From the NCBI GenBank assembly GCA_034927185.1, contig JAYFQM010000032.1, forward strand, positions 15,436 to 79,435: DNA of 64,000 bases, in the 5' to 3' direction. Under the pieces are notes generated by a model that worked only from the letters and a program-made list of their open reading frames with translations, was not told where the DNA came from and made no database searches. The position numbers and the translations under genes were made by a program. Source of the stretch: Oscillospiraceae bacterium (lineage in GTDB: Bacteria > Bacillota > Clostridia > Oscillospirales > Oscillospiraceae). This document shows, in pieces, positions 1 through 9,698 of this stretch. The first letter of the stretch is position 1, and the number at the start of each line of letters is the position of its first letter.

Positions 1-293
1 TCAAAGTCATCCGGCAGTCTGCCTGAGATCAGTTGATCGTCATTTGAATATACGGCTATGTAGGTGCCTGTCTTGACAAGGTCCATCCCGCTGCACGGAG
101 CATTAATTACACCGCCCGTACGCAGCAGCCGGGTTATTTCATCTGCTTGAGATATAAGAAGATTCTCGGCGCCGCGGTAGAGATGGCTTGAGATCACAAG
201 ATAGGTGATAGGCAAAACCGCAATAGAAACGACAAAAAGCGCGATTCCGTGCCAGAACATGATTTTTCGTCTGACGTTCAGCTTTTTCATCAT
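1..293 (-). CDS. sensor histidine kinase, N-terminal part only (gene continues beyond window start)
   Basis: The minus-strand frame is open to the window edge. It starts ATGATG at 293/290, overlapping the stop of the upstream response regulator. The translation MMKKLNVRRKIMFWHGIALFVVSIAVLPITYLVISS... is a TM helix typical of kinases partnered with OmpR-type regulators. The kinase core is not in the window. Confidence 0.5.
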   Translation of the reverse strand, partial: MMKKLNVRRKIMFWHGIALFVVSIAVLPITYLVISSHLYRGAENLLISQADEITRLLRTGGVINAPCSGMDLVKTGTYIAVYSNDDQLISGRLPDDF

Positions 294-961
294 GACTCCT
301 TGATTATATAGCCGCTGCCGCGAACCGTATAAATTAGCTTTTTTTCATGACCGTCGTCAATTTTCTCTCGTAAATAGCGAATGTAAACATCAATGATGTT
401 GGATGAGCAGTCAAAATCATAGTTCCAGACATGGTCGATAATCTGCGTCCTTGTCAGCAGGCGGTTTTTATTTCGGAGTAAATATTCAAGAATTGCAAAC
501 TCCTTGTGGGTCAGTTTGATTTCCTTTTCAGAGCGCTGGACCGTATGTGTTGTTAAATCCATGGTAAGATCCGCTAATGTAAGCACGTTTTTGCATATGG
601 AATTCTGTCGGCGCATAAGGGCGCGAATCCGAGCCATCAATTCCTCGAGCGAAAAGGGTTTGACCATATAGTCGTCGGCGCCTGAGTCAAGCCCATTGAC
701 CCGGTCCTTGACCGTATCTTTTGCTGTAAGCAAAAGAACAGGCGTCTGATCACCGCTGTTGCGCATATTCCTAAGTATTGTCAGCCCATCGATTCCGGGC
801 AAAATGATATCCAAAACAATGCAGTCATATTCGCTCAGAGAAATCAGCGACTCAGCGTCGGGACCGTTATCACAGATATCTACGCTGTATCCGCCCTTTT
901 CGATGTACTTTGCCGTCGTGGTCAGTATTAATTTATCGTCCTCAATCAGGAGCAGCTTCAT
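290..961 (-). CDS. OmpR/PhoB-family response regulator
   Basis: MKLLLIEDD start and receiver Asp in CIVLDIILPGIDG. C-terminal winged helix (LTHKEFAILEYLL ... IYTVRGSGY). The ORF-track start at 1054 is an unlikely extension; the ATG at 961 gives the canonical N-terminus. Confidence 0.9.
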   Translation of the reverse strand: MKLLLIEDDKLILTTTAKYIEKGGYSVDICDNGPDAESLISLSEYDCIVLDIILPGIDGLTILRNMRNSGDQTPVLLLTAKDTVKDRVNGLDSGADDYMVKPFSLEELMARIRALMRRQNSICKNVLTLADLTMDLTTHTVQRSEKEIKLTHKEFAILEYLLRNKNRLLTRTQIIDHVWNYDFDCSSNIIDVYIRYLREKIDDGHEKKLIYTVRGSGYIIKES

Positions 962-1164
962 ATACAGCCCTCTATCCGCCACATTTTTTATATAGAGATT
1001 ATTATTTTGCGCGTACATTGTCAATAAAAGAAATAAAATGCATAAAATTGGCAATAATTTTTGTCTATATTTAATCAGAATTTAATCTTTACATGATAAC
1101 ATAGATTAAGATATAATATATTTGCTCGTTTTTAAGGAGGAACAGAGTTTTCCTGTTTAATTTG

Positions 1165-1270
1165 AGCAATAAGTTACAACGAGAATAGCAAATTTACCGA
1201 AAGGTAAAGACGCAAAGCTATGGGGTCTAAGGTTTTCAACTATGACAGCCCGGTTGCCGAATTGTTTTAT
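1165..1270 (+). promoter_or_regulatory. c-di-GMP-I (GEMM) riboswitch aptamer
   Basis: The plus strand reads AUAGCAAAUUUACCGAAAGGUAAAGACGCAAAGCUAUGGGGUCUAAGG...GACAGCCCGGUUGCCGAA. It has GCAAA, a GAAA-capped P1b hairpin (UUUACC/GGUAAA), the GACGCAAAGC core and a 3' CCGGUUGCC, laid out like the Vc2 class-I aptamer. Recognised by eye and not scored with a covariance model. Confidence 0.75.
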
Positions 1271-1286
1271 AGCTGTTTTGTGCTAT

Positions 1287-1331
1287 AGCTCTGTTCGTGC
1301 GGCCGCGGGTTGCAGAACAGAGCTTTTTTTG
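1287..1331 (+). terminator. intrinsic terminator (expression platform of the GEMM riboswitch)
   Basis: Stem AGCTCTGTTC...GAACAGAGCT followed by TTTTTTTG. Confidence 0.75.
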
Positions 1332-1497
1332 TTCGGCAAAACAGGCGGACCATACAATGGATACTTTATGAAGCGATCCTTCTGCCGTCCGGGACGGTTT
1401 CCATCTATTCTCGCCTGTAACGGCAGGGCAAGGCCCGAGTACATAGATATTTTCACGACCCAGGAGACTCGCTCCTGAACATACTTCCCATTAATGA

Positions 1498-1530
1498 GCC
1501 CCCGAGATGTCTGGATCTCGGGGGCTTGTT
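1498..1530. terminator. GC-rich hairpin, probable bidirectional terminator
   Basis: GCCCCCGAGAT-GTCTGG-ATCTCGGGGGC followed by TTGTT on the plus strand. It lies 34 nt past the stop of the minus-strand MFS gene. Confidence 0.55.
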
Positions 1531-1558
1531 AAATATTAGGTCTTGTTCCCCCGCCTCA

Positions 1559-2992
1559 TCAGGCGTTTTCACGCTTCCTATCAATTTCGGTCGGAACCTT
1601 CCCCTTGACAAAAGAGGCCACCATAGCCGCAACGGCAATTGCGGCGGCAACAAGCGCCGTTATGTGCAGGGCAAATATAAAAGCGCTCCCCGAGAGAAGA
1701 TTACCCGTTTGCCCCTGAGAAGAGAAAAGCTCCTCTGCTTTTCTCTGGGAGTGCGAAAACAGCGAGCCGGAGACCGCAACGCCTAGCACCATCCCGATAT
1801 TGCGCATGGTCGCCAGCGTACCGGATGCGGTTCCTCTGTTTTTCAAAGGGACGCTGCCCATTATGGCGCTGTTATTGGGCGTCTGAAACATGCCGAAACC
1901 CGCGCCCGAAACAAGCATTGCGACGATAATATAGGTGTTCGGCGTTTCTGCCTTCAGGAAGCTCAGCATGTATAGGCCGCAGGCCAGAATGAGGGCGCCG
2001 GCTGAGCTTATATATCTGCTGTCGACGCGGTCAGACGCGCTTCCGCTGATAGGCGCGATAAGCATCGTGGCAAGCGGCATGGGCATATAAAGAAGCCCGC
2101 TTTGCATAGCCGTGTAGCCGCGAAGCGTCTGAAGATAAAAAGGCGTAAGAAATATCATAATGAATTCCGACATGTAGATGAAAACCGCGGCGGCGTTGCT
2201 CGCCGCAAAAACCCGGTTTTTAAAAAAGTCCATATCGAGCATAGGGAAGGGAAAGCGTTTTTCTCGAACGACAAAACAAGCGATCAAAAGGAAACCTGCA
2301 GCGACCGAGCCGATAAAAAGCGCCGGTGGTATCGAGTAATCGCCTGATATATCCAAGGGCAGCAGGATAAGAAGCAGCGCAAAGAATATAAGAGAACTGC
2401 CCGCAAAATCGAACGGGACAGGCTCTGTCTTTTTTTCTGAGGGAATGTTCTTTATGACCATTATTGCACCGAAAATCCCGATGGGAACATTGACAAAGAA
2501 TATGCTCTGCCAGCCCAGCAGCGTTGAAAGCGTACCGCCGAGAACAGGCCCCGCGCATAGGCCCAGAGCAACCGCAACAGCGGTTATGCTGAGTGCTTTT
2601 CCGCGGTTTTCAGGAGGCACGGCGTTAGTAATAATCGCGGGTCCCGTTGAATACAGCATACCGGCTCCGACAGCCTGAACGACCCTGAAGGCTATAAGCA
2701 GGCTGATATTTGCGGAAACCGCGCATAGAAGCGAGCCTACGGTAAAAATTACAAAGCCGGTCAGGTAGACTTTTTTGTGTCCGTAAAGGTCGGAAAGACG
2801 CCCGAAAGTAAGAAGCAGACTGCTGACTACCAGCAGATAGGCGGTTACTATCCATTCGACCATTGACATAGAAACGCCGAAGCTGTTTTTGATAAGCGGC
2901 AGTGCGAGATTGACTATGCTGGTATCAAGTGCGGACATAAAAGTCCCTATTCCAACCGTGAGAATTATAATTGCGGTTTTTCTGTCTTTCAT
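1559..2992 (-). CDS. MFS transporter, DHA2 (EmrB/QacA-like, 14-TMS) drug:H+ antiporter family
   Basis: 477 aa and highly hydrophobic. N-terminus LDTSIVNLALPLI, motif GRLSDLYGHKK, and about 14 predicted helices. Confidence 0.85.
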   Translation of the reverse strand: MKDRKTAIIILTVGIGTFMSALDTSIVNLALPLIKNSFGVSMSMVEWIVTAYLLVVSSLLLTFGRLSDLYGHKKVYLTGFVIFTVGSLLCAVSANISLLIAFRVVQAVGAGMLYSTGPAIITNAVPPENRGKALSITAVAVALGLCAGPVLGGTLSTLLGWQSIFFVNVPIGIFGAIMVIKNIPSEKKTEPVPFDFAGSSLIFFALLLILLPLDISGDYSIPPALFIGSVAAGFLLIACFVVREKRFPFPMLDMDFFKNRVFAASNAAAVFIYMSEFIMIFLTPFYLQTLRGYTAMQSGLLYMPMPLATMLIAPISGSASDRVDSRYISSAGALILACGLYMLSFLKAETPNTYIIVAMLVSGAGFGMFQTPNNSAIMGSVPLKNRGTASGTLATMRNIGMVLGVAVSGSLFSHSQRKAEELFSSQGQTGNLLSGSAFIFALHITALVAAAIAVAAMVASFVKGKVPTEIDRKRENA

Positions 2993-3129
2993 TTGTTTGC
3001 TCCGTTTTAGTTAAATGTGTCGGCGCCCAGTAAACATGTCCTGCAATTCTTCGATGAGTAGTGCGACCGTTCTCTTTCAAAAATTGCCTTTTCGAAAGGC
3101 CGTCTTAAAAGTATCGGATTCCTCCGTGC

Positions 3130-4440
3130 TCAGTTCTCCAGCGCAGCGTTTTCTTTTGTCCAGTAATGCCTGAAATAAGGGCTCCCTTTGATACCGCGCG
3201 GATGGGATGCTTCACCCTTTTGCAGCATTTCATCGGTAAAAGATTCGTCAAGCTCCATACACCTTTTCAGCACGGCGCCGGTTTCTTCTTTTGTGGCGGT
3301 GGATTTGCCGGCGCTTTCGTAAAGCTCGCGTATCTTATGCTCCGCGGCGTCGCGTCTGGCTATGTATTCGGCCTTACCAAGCCTTCCATCCAGCAACATC
3401 CGAGTAATTTTTTCGCGCTTTGTCCAGTATGCGGTACCCTTCTCCTGATCTTCCTCTTTAAACAACTCAAAGTCGGAATCCATAACAAATGGCTTGAAAA
3501 CAGAAACGCAGGGAAGGGACGATGCCGTATAAAAATACTCGCTTTTGTCCTTTAATTCCCCGACAAGGCTTGCCGTCGTCTGGCTCGAAACCAGTCCCCC
3601 TCCGTGCATGCAAAGGTTTTTCATCGAGCCTCTGCTGAAGGCTTCGCCGGAGTTCTTCAGATGGGTTCTGAGGGCCGAAATCATTATGTCTGGCGTTATT
3701 TTACCCTTTTCTCTTCCCAGCAGATCCATTGAGAGCGACCACCGCTGCCCGGAACCAGAAAACTGTGTATACAGGGGGTCAGAATAGGCTTTCTTAAAAT
3801 TCAGGTCTTCTCTGCAGGTGCATTTTTTCCTCGCAATGCTGTCGGCGACAAGGTCGGGATGACAGGCGTCAAAATCGTTCTCTATGGTTAGCCCGTTTGA
3901 AATCGCGTAATAATCCCTGACCTTTTTCATCACCCAGTATCTGCCCGCTGTTTCCAGCACATATGCACCGGCTTTGTCGGCAACGATGAAGGAATTGTGA
4001 TAATGCATTTTTTTTGAATATCCGCAGTTACCGCCCTGACCGTAGCGCCCGAGCAGATATATAATGTAGTCTGCTGCATCCTTTGCTGTTTTTGTACGTT
4101 CGAGCGCGAGCCTGATCATGTCCATGCCGGTAAGCCCGGACTTAGCATAGGCTTCTTTGGTGAAAACCGCTTCATTCCCTATCATCACGGAGTATTCGTT
4201 AAAGCCCATTTCGCAGCCCCACATCCACGAAGGCTTACTGATAACAATTTCGTTTGTCTCCTCGACCTGATCAAGCTCAGTATATGTGGTTTTGAGCTTT
4301 GGAGAGCTGCTCAGGTCATATCTTCTGCGGGGAATGCGCAGCATAACCTGCGGCTCGTTTGGCTCTCTGTCGCTGTTTTTAGCAAAAATCGTAAATCCTG
4401 ACTTCGTAACGCCACCCAGGGCGACCATAGTATCGCACAT
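3130..4440 (-). CDS. peptidase C69 family (secernin-like Ntn hydrolase / dipeptidase)
   Basis: MCDTMVALGGVTKSGFTIFAKNSDREPNEPQ matches the secernin/C69 N-terminal nucleophile-Cys signature (CDxFV...FGKNSDR..EVQ). I prefer the ATG at 4440, which puts Cys at position 2. The ORF track begins at 4482. Confidence 0.75.
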   Translation of the reverse strand: MCDTMVALGGVTKSGFTIFAKNSDREPNEPQVMLRIPRRRYDLSSSPKLKTTYTELDQVEETNEIVISKPSWMWGCEMGFNEYSVMIGNEAVFTKEAYAKSGLTGMDMIRLALERTKTAKDAADYIIYLLGRYGQGGNCGYSKKMHYHNSFIVADKAGAYVLETAGRYWVMKKVRDYYAISNGLTIENDFDACHPDLVADSIARKKCTCREDLNFKKAYSDPLYTQFSGSGQRWSLSMDLLGREKGKITPDIMISALRTHLKNSGEAFSRGSMKNLCMHGGGLVSSQTTASLVGELKDKSEYFYTASSLPCVSVFKPFVMDSDFELFKEEDQEKGTAYWTKREKITRMLLDGRLGKAEYIARRDAAEHKIRELYESAGKSTATKEETGAVLKRCMELDESFTDEMLQKGEASHPRGIKGSPYFRHYWTKENAALEN

Positions 4441-4590
4441 AGTACCCGCCTCCGTAGTCTGTATTTCGATGTATTTATCCATATTATAACTCGCTCGTGC
4501 TTGCCATTACAATGGCGATTATTATCAATATATATTTAAAATAAATATTAGGATATGTTTTCCCCAAAGTCACATATTAATTAGAATTTG

Positions 4591-4626
4591 TGAAAAAGGC
4601 GGAGCGGCTTGTCTAACCGCTCCGTC
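4591..4626 (-). terminator. intrinsic terminator after nagA
   Basis: Minus strand GACGGAGCGG-TTAGACAAG-CCGCTCCGCC followed by TTTTTCAC. Confidence 0.7.
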
Positions 4627-4703
4627 GAAATATTTTTAATTTCATATAAGGATCGATGCGAGCTAACCTGGCGTCGTTCGATAAATCAAGGTGAATCTGA
4701 GGG

Positions 4704-5852
4704 TCAAAGATCGAGTACGGCGATTTCTCCGTGCAGGACGACCATTTTAAGGTTCATTTTTTTGTCCAGAACCACGAGATCGGCCCGCTTCCCGGCTTCT
4801 ATGCTGCCAATACGCTTGTCCTCGCCAACCGCTTTGGATGGGTTTATTGTCGCCGCCTTTATGACCTGTCTGAACGGCACTCCGAAGCTTACAAGGTTCC
4901 TGACTTCATCCAGCAGATTTGTTGTGGAACCGGCGATTGTCCCGTCGGCGAGTCTCGCCTGCCCGTTTTTGACATAAACCGTCTGGCCACCTAAATCATA
5001 GGAGCCGTCCGGAAGCCCCGCGGCGCGCATGGAATCGCTGACGATTATCGCTCTGTCCTCACCAAGTATCCGGAACGCTGTACGCAGAGCGGCAGGATGT
5101 ATGTGGAAACCGTCGCAGATGAGCTCCGCATTTACGCTATCGTCGTCAAAAACGGCCCCTACGACGCCCGGCTCACGGTGGCCGAAGCCCGCCATTGCGT
5201 TAAACAGGTGTGTGACATGTGTGATTCCCCAACCGAAGGCTGCTTTTGCCTGTTCATAATTTGCGTCCGTATGGGCAATCGAAACGGCGCAGAGCCTGCG
5301 GGCGCTTTCAATAAACTCGTATGCTCCGTCGCACTCCGGAGCGATGTCCACTATTTTTATAATGCCGCCTGAGAGATCGTAGAAATTCTTGAACTGCTTC
5401 CAGTCCGGAGTCCTGACAAAATCGGCTTTTTGCCCGCCCTTTTTGTTAACCGAGATATAGGGCCCTTCCATGTTTACGCCGAGTATCGCTGCGCCCTCGG
5501 GCGGATTCTCCATACAGTTTTTGATATTCAGTAGTGCCTTTTTTATTCCATCAGCTGAAACGGTCATAGTTGTGGGGCAGAAGGATGTGATACCCCGTTT
5601 TGCAAGCTGAGACGACATTGTCGCGACTGCCTCAACCGTTGCGTCGCAGGCGTCGAACCCTGCGCAGCCGTGTATGTGGATGTCCACAAGCCCCGGAATT
5701 ACGGTAAGGCCTTCCAAATCGAAAACCTCGCCACCCGTGTGGACACCTGAACCTACAGCCGAAATGATTGTGCCCTCGACTGCGATATCCGTTTTTTCAA
5801 GCTCAAAGTCCTTATTCATAACTTCAGCGTTTTTTAAAAGCATTTCATTCAC
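4704..5852 (-). CDS. nagA: N-acetylglucosamine-6-phosphate deacetylase
   Basis: 382 aa with the GLVDIHIHGCAGFD metal-binding motif and an amidohydrolase fold. Sits next to nagB. Confidence 0.9.
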   Translation of the reverse strand: MNEMLLKNAEVMNKDFELEKTDIAVEGTIISAVGSGVHTGGEVFDLEGLTVIPGLVDIHIHGCAGFDACDATVEAVATMSSQLAKRGITSFCPTTMTVSADGIKKALLNIKNCMENPPEGAAILGVNMEGPYISVNKKGGQKADFVRTPDWKQFKNFYDLSGGIIKIVDIAPECDGAYEFIESARRLCAVSIAHTDANYEQAKAAFGWGITHVTHLFNAMAGFGHREPGVVGAVFDDDSVNAELICDGFHIHPAALRTAFRILGEDRAIIVSDSMRAAGLPDGSYDLGGQTVYVKNGQARLADGTIAGSTTNLLDEVRNLVSFGVPFRQVIKAATINPSKAVGEDKRIGSIEAGKRADLVVLDKKMNLKMVVLHGEIAVLDL

Positions 5853-5890
5853 CGGCCTTCCGTATCGTTTTTGGTATTTTTGGATACAGC

Positions 5891-6634
5891 TCAGATTAAA
5901 CCGTGCGAGCGTATCCGGCTGAGGGCCGCTTCGTCCGCAACGACGGTAACGTCGGGATGCAGCTGCAGAATAGATGCCGGAACAAGCGGTGTAACGGGTC
6001 CAAAAAGGGCCTTCTCGAGAATTTCGGCCTTTCCGTCTCCGCTTACGACCATCAGTATCTTTTTTGCCCTCATGATGCTCTTGATTCCCATAGTGACCGC
6101 AAAGCGGGGCACGTCTTTGGGATTATCGAAAAACCTTGAGTTAGCGAGGATAGTCTCTTCCTTCAGCGCTACTCTGTGAGTCGTTTTGTCAAAGCTTTCG
6201 TTGGGCTCGTTGAACCCGATATGACCCGTGTTGCCCAGTCCGAGAAGCTGGAGGTCAATTCCGCCGAGCATGGTGATGGTCCTTTCATAATCAGCGCACT
6301 CCGCGGTTATATCTCTGGCAAGGCCGTTTGGAATATTAATGTTCTCTTCAGGTATATTAACATTGTCGAAAAAATTCGAATGCATATAATAGTGATAGCT
6401 CTGTGGGTGGCTGGGGTTTAGCCCGCAGTATTCGTCGAGGTTCACGGTGCGTACGCCCGAAAAATCCAGATCGCCCTTGTCGTACCATTCGATGAGCTGC
6501 TGGTATACGCCGACGGGAGTGGAGCCCGTCGCGAGGCCCAGAACGCTTCGAGGGTACAGAATGACCTGTGCCGAAATGATGTTGGCCGCTTTCCGGCTCA
6601 TGCTGCGATAGTCGGCGGCTTCAATTATTTTCAT
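5891..6634 (-). CDS. nagB: glucosamine-6-phosphate deaminase
   Basis: 247 aa. LGLATGSTP, GLGNTGHIGFNEP and other NagB hallmarks. Confidence 0.92.
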   Translation of the reverse strand: MKIIEAADYRSMSRKAANIISAQVILYPRSVLGLATGSTPVGVYQQLIEWYDKGDLDFSGVRTVNLDEYCGLNPSHPQSYHYYMHSNFFDNVNIPEENINIPNGLARDITAECADYERTITMLGGIDLQLLGLGNTGHIGFNEPNESFDKTTHRVALKEETILANSRFFDNPKDVPRFAVTMGIKSIMRAKKILMVVSGDGKAEILEKALFGPVTPLVPASILQLHPDVTVVADEAALSRIRSHGLI

Positions 6635-6688
6635 TCTTAATCCCTTCTTTTGAAGTGCTTTTCTTTCTTTTTCCCTTATCGCCTGTTA

Positions 6689-8305
6689 TTATCCGTTGCT
6701 TGACAGGACGGCCTTTTTGACCTCCGGTATCGAAGCCGGCGAGACGGAAAGCTCGTCGATACCAATCGACATATAAAAATCGGTGAGGGCCGTGTCCGCA
6801 GCCGACTCTCCGCATATGCCGACCCAAATGCCGTTAGCGTGAGCGGCTTTCGCAGTCATTTCAATAAACCGCAGGACGGCGGGGTCGGCGGGATTAAAAA
6901 TGTCCCTTATGCGGGAGTTCATCCTGTCTGCCGCCATGGTGTATTGAGTCAGGTCGTTTGTGCCGATTGAGAAAAAGTCCACGACCTTTGCGAGCTCATC
7001 GCTCATAACTGCGGCCGCGGGAGTTTCGACCATTATGCCGAATTCGACATCCCTGCTGTAGGGAAGACCCTCGCTGTCAAGCTCACTCTTAATTTTTGAG
7101 ACGATTTCCCGGATTTCGAGCACCTGCCCCAGATGGGTTATCATCGGGAACATGACCTGAAGCTTTCCGTAGACAGAAGCCCGAAGCAGCGCGCGCAGCT
7201 GGGTGCGGAAAATCTGCGGTTCTTTCAGGCAGATTCGTATGGCGCGATAGCCGAGAGCGGGGTTTTCCTCCTCCGGAATATTGAAGTACGGCGCCTGCTT
7301 GTCGCTGCCCAGATCGAGCGTCCGGATCACTACGGGCCTTGGTGATAATTTTTCAAGTACCGCTTTATAAGCAGCGAACTGCTTTTCCTCGCTCGGAAAG
7401 CCCGGGCTTTCAAGATACAGAAATTCGCTGCGGAACAGCCCGACCCCGCCAGCACCAAAAGCGTTCGCCGCATCCGCGTCGGCCACGCCGCCAATGTTCG
7501 CGCAGACCTTAACCTCATGCCCTTTCGGGGTCACAGCGGTGATATCACGGTATTTCTCCAGCGCTTCCTTTTGCAGTCTGAAGCTTTCCACACGGTGGAG
7601 GAAATCTTCTCTTTCACTTTCGGAGGGAGACACGAGAACCTCGCCAGTGCTTCCGTCAATCGCAAGCTCTCCGCTTTCCGGAAGTTCGTCAAAGCTGTCC
7701 CCCATTCCGACAATACAGGGAATTCCCATCGTTTTCGCGAGTATGACCGAGTGAGAGGTGACGGATCCGCGCTTTGTCACAAAGCCCGAAACCTTTTCTC
7801 TGTCAAGGCGGACTGTCTGGCTCGGCAGCAGGTCCTCAGCCAGAACGATGACCTCCTCACTGGGCGTGTCGTCGCGTTCCTCAATACCCTTGAGAATTCT
7901 GATGAGCCTTTCGGATACGTCCCTGACGTCGGCGGCGCGGCCGCGCATAACCTCGTTTTCGAGTGTTCCGAGAAAATCTATCAGCGCGTCGGCCGAGGTT
8001 TTTACGGCATACTCGGCGTTCAGGCCGGAGCCTATTGCGGCCTCAACCCCGTCGCAGAAATCGGGATCGTCGAGCATCAGCTTGTGAATATCGAACACCT
8101 GAGCGGCAGCGGAATCGTTCACAGCGGTTTTTTCAAAAAGCTTGTCAAGCTCCGAGAAAGCCTGTGCCTTGGCGCTTTCGAAGCGGGATGTTTCCGCCTC
8201 CGGGTCCCGGCCTTCCTGTCTTTCGACAGACAGGTCGAGCTGTTTAATATAAAATATATGCGCAATAGCCGCGCCTGCGGACGCGCCAACTCCTTTAAGC
8301 AGCAT
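6689..8305 (-). CDS. ptsI: phosphoenolpyruvate-protein phosphotransferase (PTS enzyme I)
   Basis: 538 aa. Phospho-His loop KRGSVTSHSVILAKTMGIPCIVG and a C-terminal PEP-utilising TIM barrel (GTNDLTQY). Confidence 0.93.
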   Translation of the reverse strand: MLLKGVGASAGAAIAHIFYIKQLDLSVERQEGRDPEAETSRFESAKAQAFSELDKLFEKTAVNDSAAAQVFDIHKLMLDDPDFCDGVEAAIGSGLNAEYAVKTSADALIDFLGTLENEVMRGRAADVRDVSERLIRILKGIEERDDTPSEEVIVLAEDLLPSQTVRLDREKVSGFVTKRGSVTSHSVILAKTMGIPCIVGMGDSFDELPESGELAIDGSTGEVLVSPSESEREDFLHRVESFRLQKEALEKYRDITAVTPKGHEVKVCANIGGVADADAANAFGAGGVGLFRSEFLYLESPGFPSEEKQFAAYKAVLEKLSPRPVVIRTLDLGSDKQAPYFNIPEEENPALGYRAIRICLKEPQIFRTQLRALLRASVYGKLQVMFPMITHLGQVLEIREIVSKIKSELDSEGLPYSRDVEFGIMVETPAAAVMSDELAKVVDFFSIGTNDLTQYTMAADRMNSRIRDIFNPADPAVLRFIEMTAKAAHANGIWVGICGESAADTALTDFYMSIGIDELSVSPASIPEVKKAVLSSNG

Positions 8306-8343
8306 TTTTGTCTTCCTTCCTTACGAGTATTTGTTCTGAGTGT

Positions 8344-8667
8344 TCAGGGCTGTTGCTTCCCTCTGTTATTCTTTGCTTTATCACCTTTTTTCTCACTGAG
8401 CAGCCTCTTGTTTCGATTGTTCATGACGGTTATAAAAACCGAAAAAAGCAGTCCCAGCACCGCGAGCGCAACATAAAACGCGCCGCTTCCGGATTCGGCT
8501 GACCCAAAGCGCCTGAGGGCCTCGCTCACTGCGATAACGACAATCGCGGCGCTCGCCACATAACAGCTTATGAGTACCGTTCCGGAAATCTGCAGTATTT
8601 GCCTGTTCCTCTTTAGAGGACCCGGTTTCGCCGGACGCTTCTTTTCTCCTTCGAACATATGATGCAC
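8344..8667 (-). CDS. hypothetical small membrane protein (2 TM helices)
   Basis: 107 aa with two hydrophobic segments and a basic tail. Sits 38 nt upstream of ptsI on the same strand. No family recognised. Confidence 0.45.
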   Translation of the reverse strand: MHHMFEGEKKRPAKPGPLKRNRQILQISGTVLISCYVASAAIVVIAVSEALRRFGSAESGSGAFYVALAVLGLLFSVFITVMNNRNKRLLSEKKGDKAKNNRGKQQP

Positions 8668-8817
8668 CTCCGTTAGTTATTTTCTGCTTTGATCTATATA
8701 TAACATATTATTTCAACAACTTCAAAGGTTGTTAAAAATTGACGAAAAACAACAAGAAAAACCCTTTTTATTTTACAAAATTCATATTATAATGACCTCA
8801 ATCGGAGGATTTTTGAC

Positions 8818-9633
8818 ATGAAAGCAAAAGATGCTATTATCTTCTCGGACATGGACGGGACACTGTTAAGCGACTGGAGTCTTGGACCGTATGTCCCCGC
8901 CGCAAATCTTGAGGCTATTAAGCGGTTCATTTCCGAAGGTGGTCTGTTTTCCATAGCAAGCGGAAGACAGTTTCGCGATACGGTTGAGTTTTTAGGCGGA
9001 ATAAAGTTTTCGGTTCCGATGGTTCAGGATAACGGCTCGGTATTATACGACTCCATCAATGATGTTGTGCTGGAAAAAATCCCGTTTCCTGAGGCGGCGA
9101 AGCTCGAATGCTTGGAATACAGCAGGCGAAACAGGGGCGTCCGGCTCATAGCGGCGGATGAGGACAAGCTGTATCAGGTCGTTGTTGGCGGAGCGTCGGG
9201 AGAGCCGTTGCTCAGGGACCTTACCCGAACGCCGATTTCAGAGGAGCAATATCTATCCCTTGAGTCTGTCAAGGTATGCTTCGTGGTTTTGGACGAAGCG
9301 GATGTTCCGTCAGTTTATTCCGATATAATAAAGTTCAAATGCTCGGACAAGCTTGTCCTGATGCAGTCGTCGCCGGTTTTTCTCGAAATGTTGGATAAGA
9401 ACGCGGGAAAAGCTGCGGGAATAAAAAAAGCTGTAGTGCGTGCTGGAGCTGAAGGGAGAAAGCTCATCTGCATCGGCGATTATGATAACGACTGCGACAT
9501 GCTGAAGCTTGCGGACATTTCGGCCTGCCCCTTCAACTCGTCTCCACGAGTACTCGAGATGGCGGATATCGTCACCTGTGGAAATAACGAGGGCGCCATA
9601 GCTGACCTCATAAACAGACTTGGCGAGCTTTGA
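8818..9633 (+). CDS. HAD-IIB (Cof-type) sugar phosphatase
   Basis: DMDGTLL motif I and GDYDNDCDM motif IV. 271 aa. Confidence 0.8.
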   Translation: MKAKDAIIFSDMDGTLLSDWSLGPYVPAANLEAIKRFISEGGLFSIASGRQFRDTVEFLGGIKFSVPMVQDNGSVLYDSINDVVLEKIPFPEAAKLECLEYSRRNRGVRLIAADEDKLYQVVVGGASGEPLLRDLTRTPISEEQYLSLESVKVCFVVLDEADVPSVYSDIIKFKCSDKLVLMQSSPVFLEMLDKNAGKAAGIKKAVVRAGAEGRKLICIGDYDNDCDMLKLADISACPFNSSPRVLEMADIVTCGNNEGAIADLINRLGEL

Positions 9634-9698
9634 GCGGTTTAGTAATTTTATACATTAATTAATTTATTCAAATCAGAAATACTATTTTGGAGGTAAGT

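Noticed and set aside
1242-1478. 78-aa plus-strand ORF starting inside the riboswitch.
   Set aside because: It overlaps the GEMM aptamer and reads straight through its terminator hairpin. It has no RBS and a Cys/Arg-rich nonsense-like composition.
7517-8476. 319-aa plus-strand ORF.
   Set aside because: It lies entirely antisense to the strongly recognisable ptsI gene. Its composition is Ser/Arg/Leu-rich and shows no domain pattern, which is typical of shadow ORFs in a GC-rich gene.
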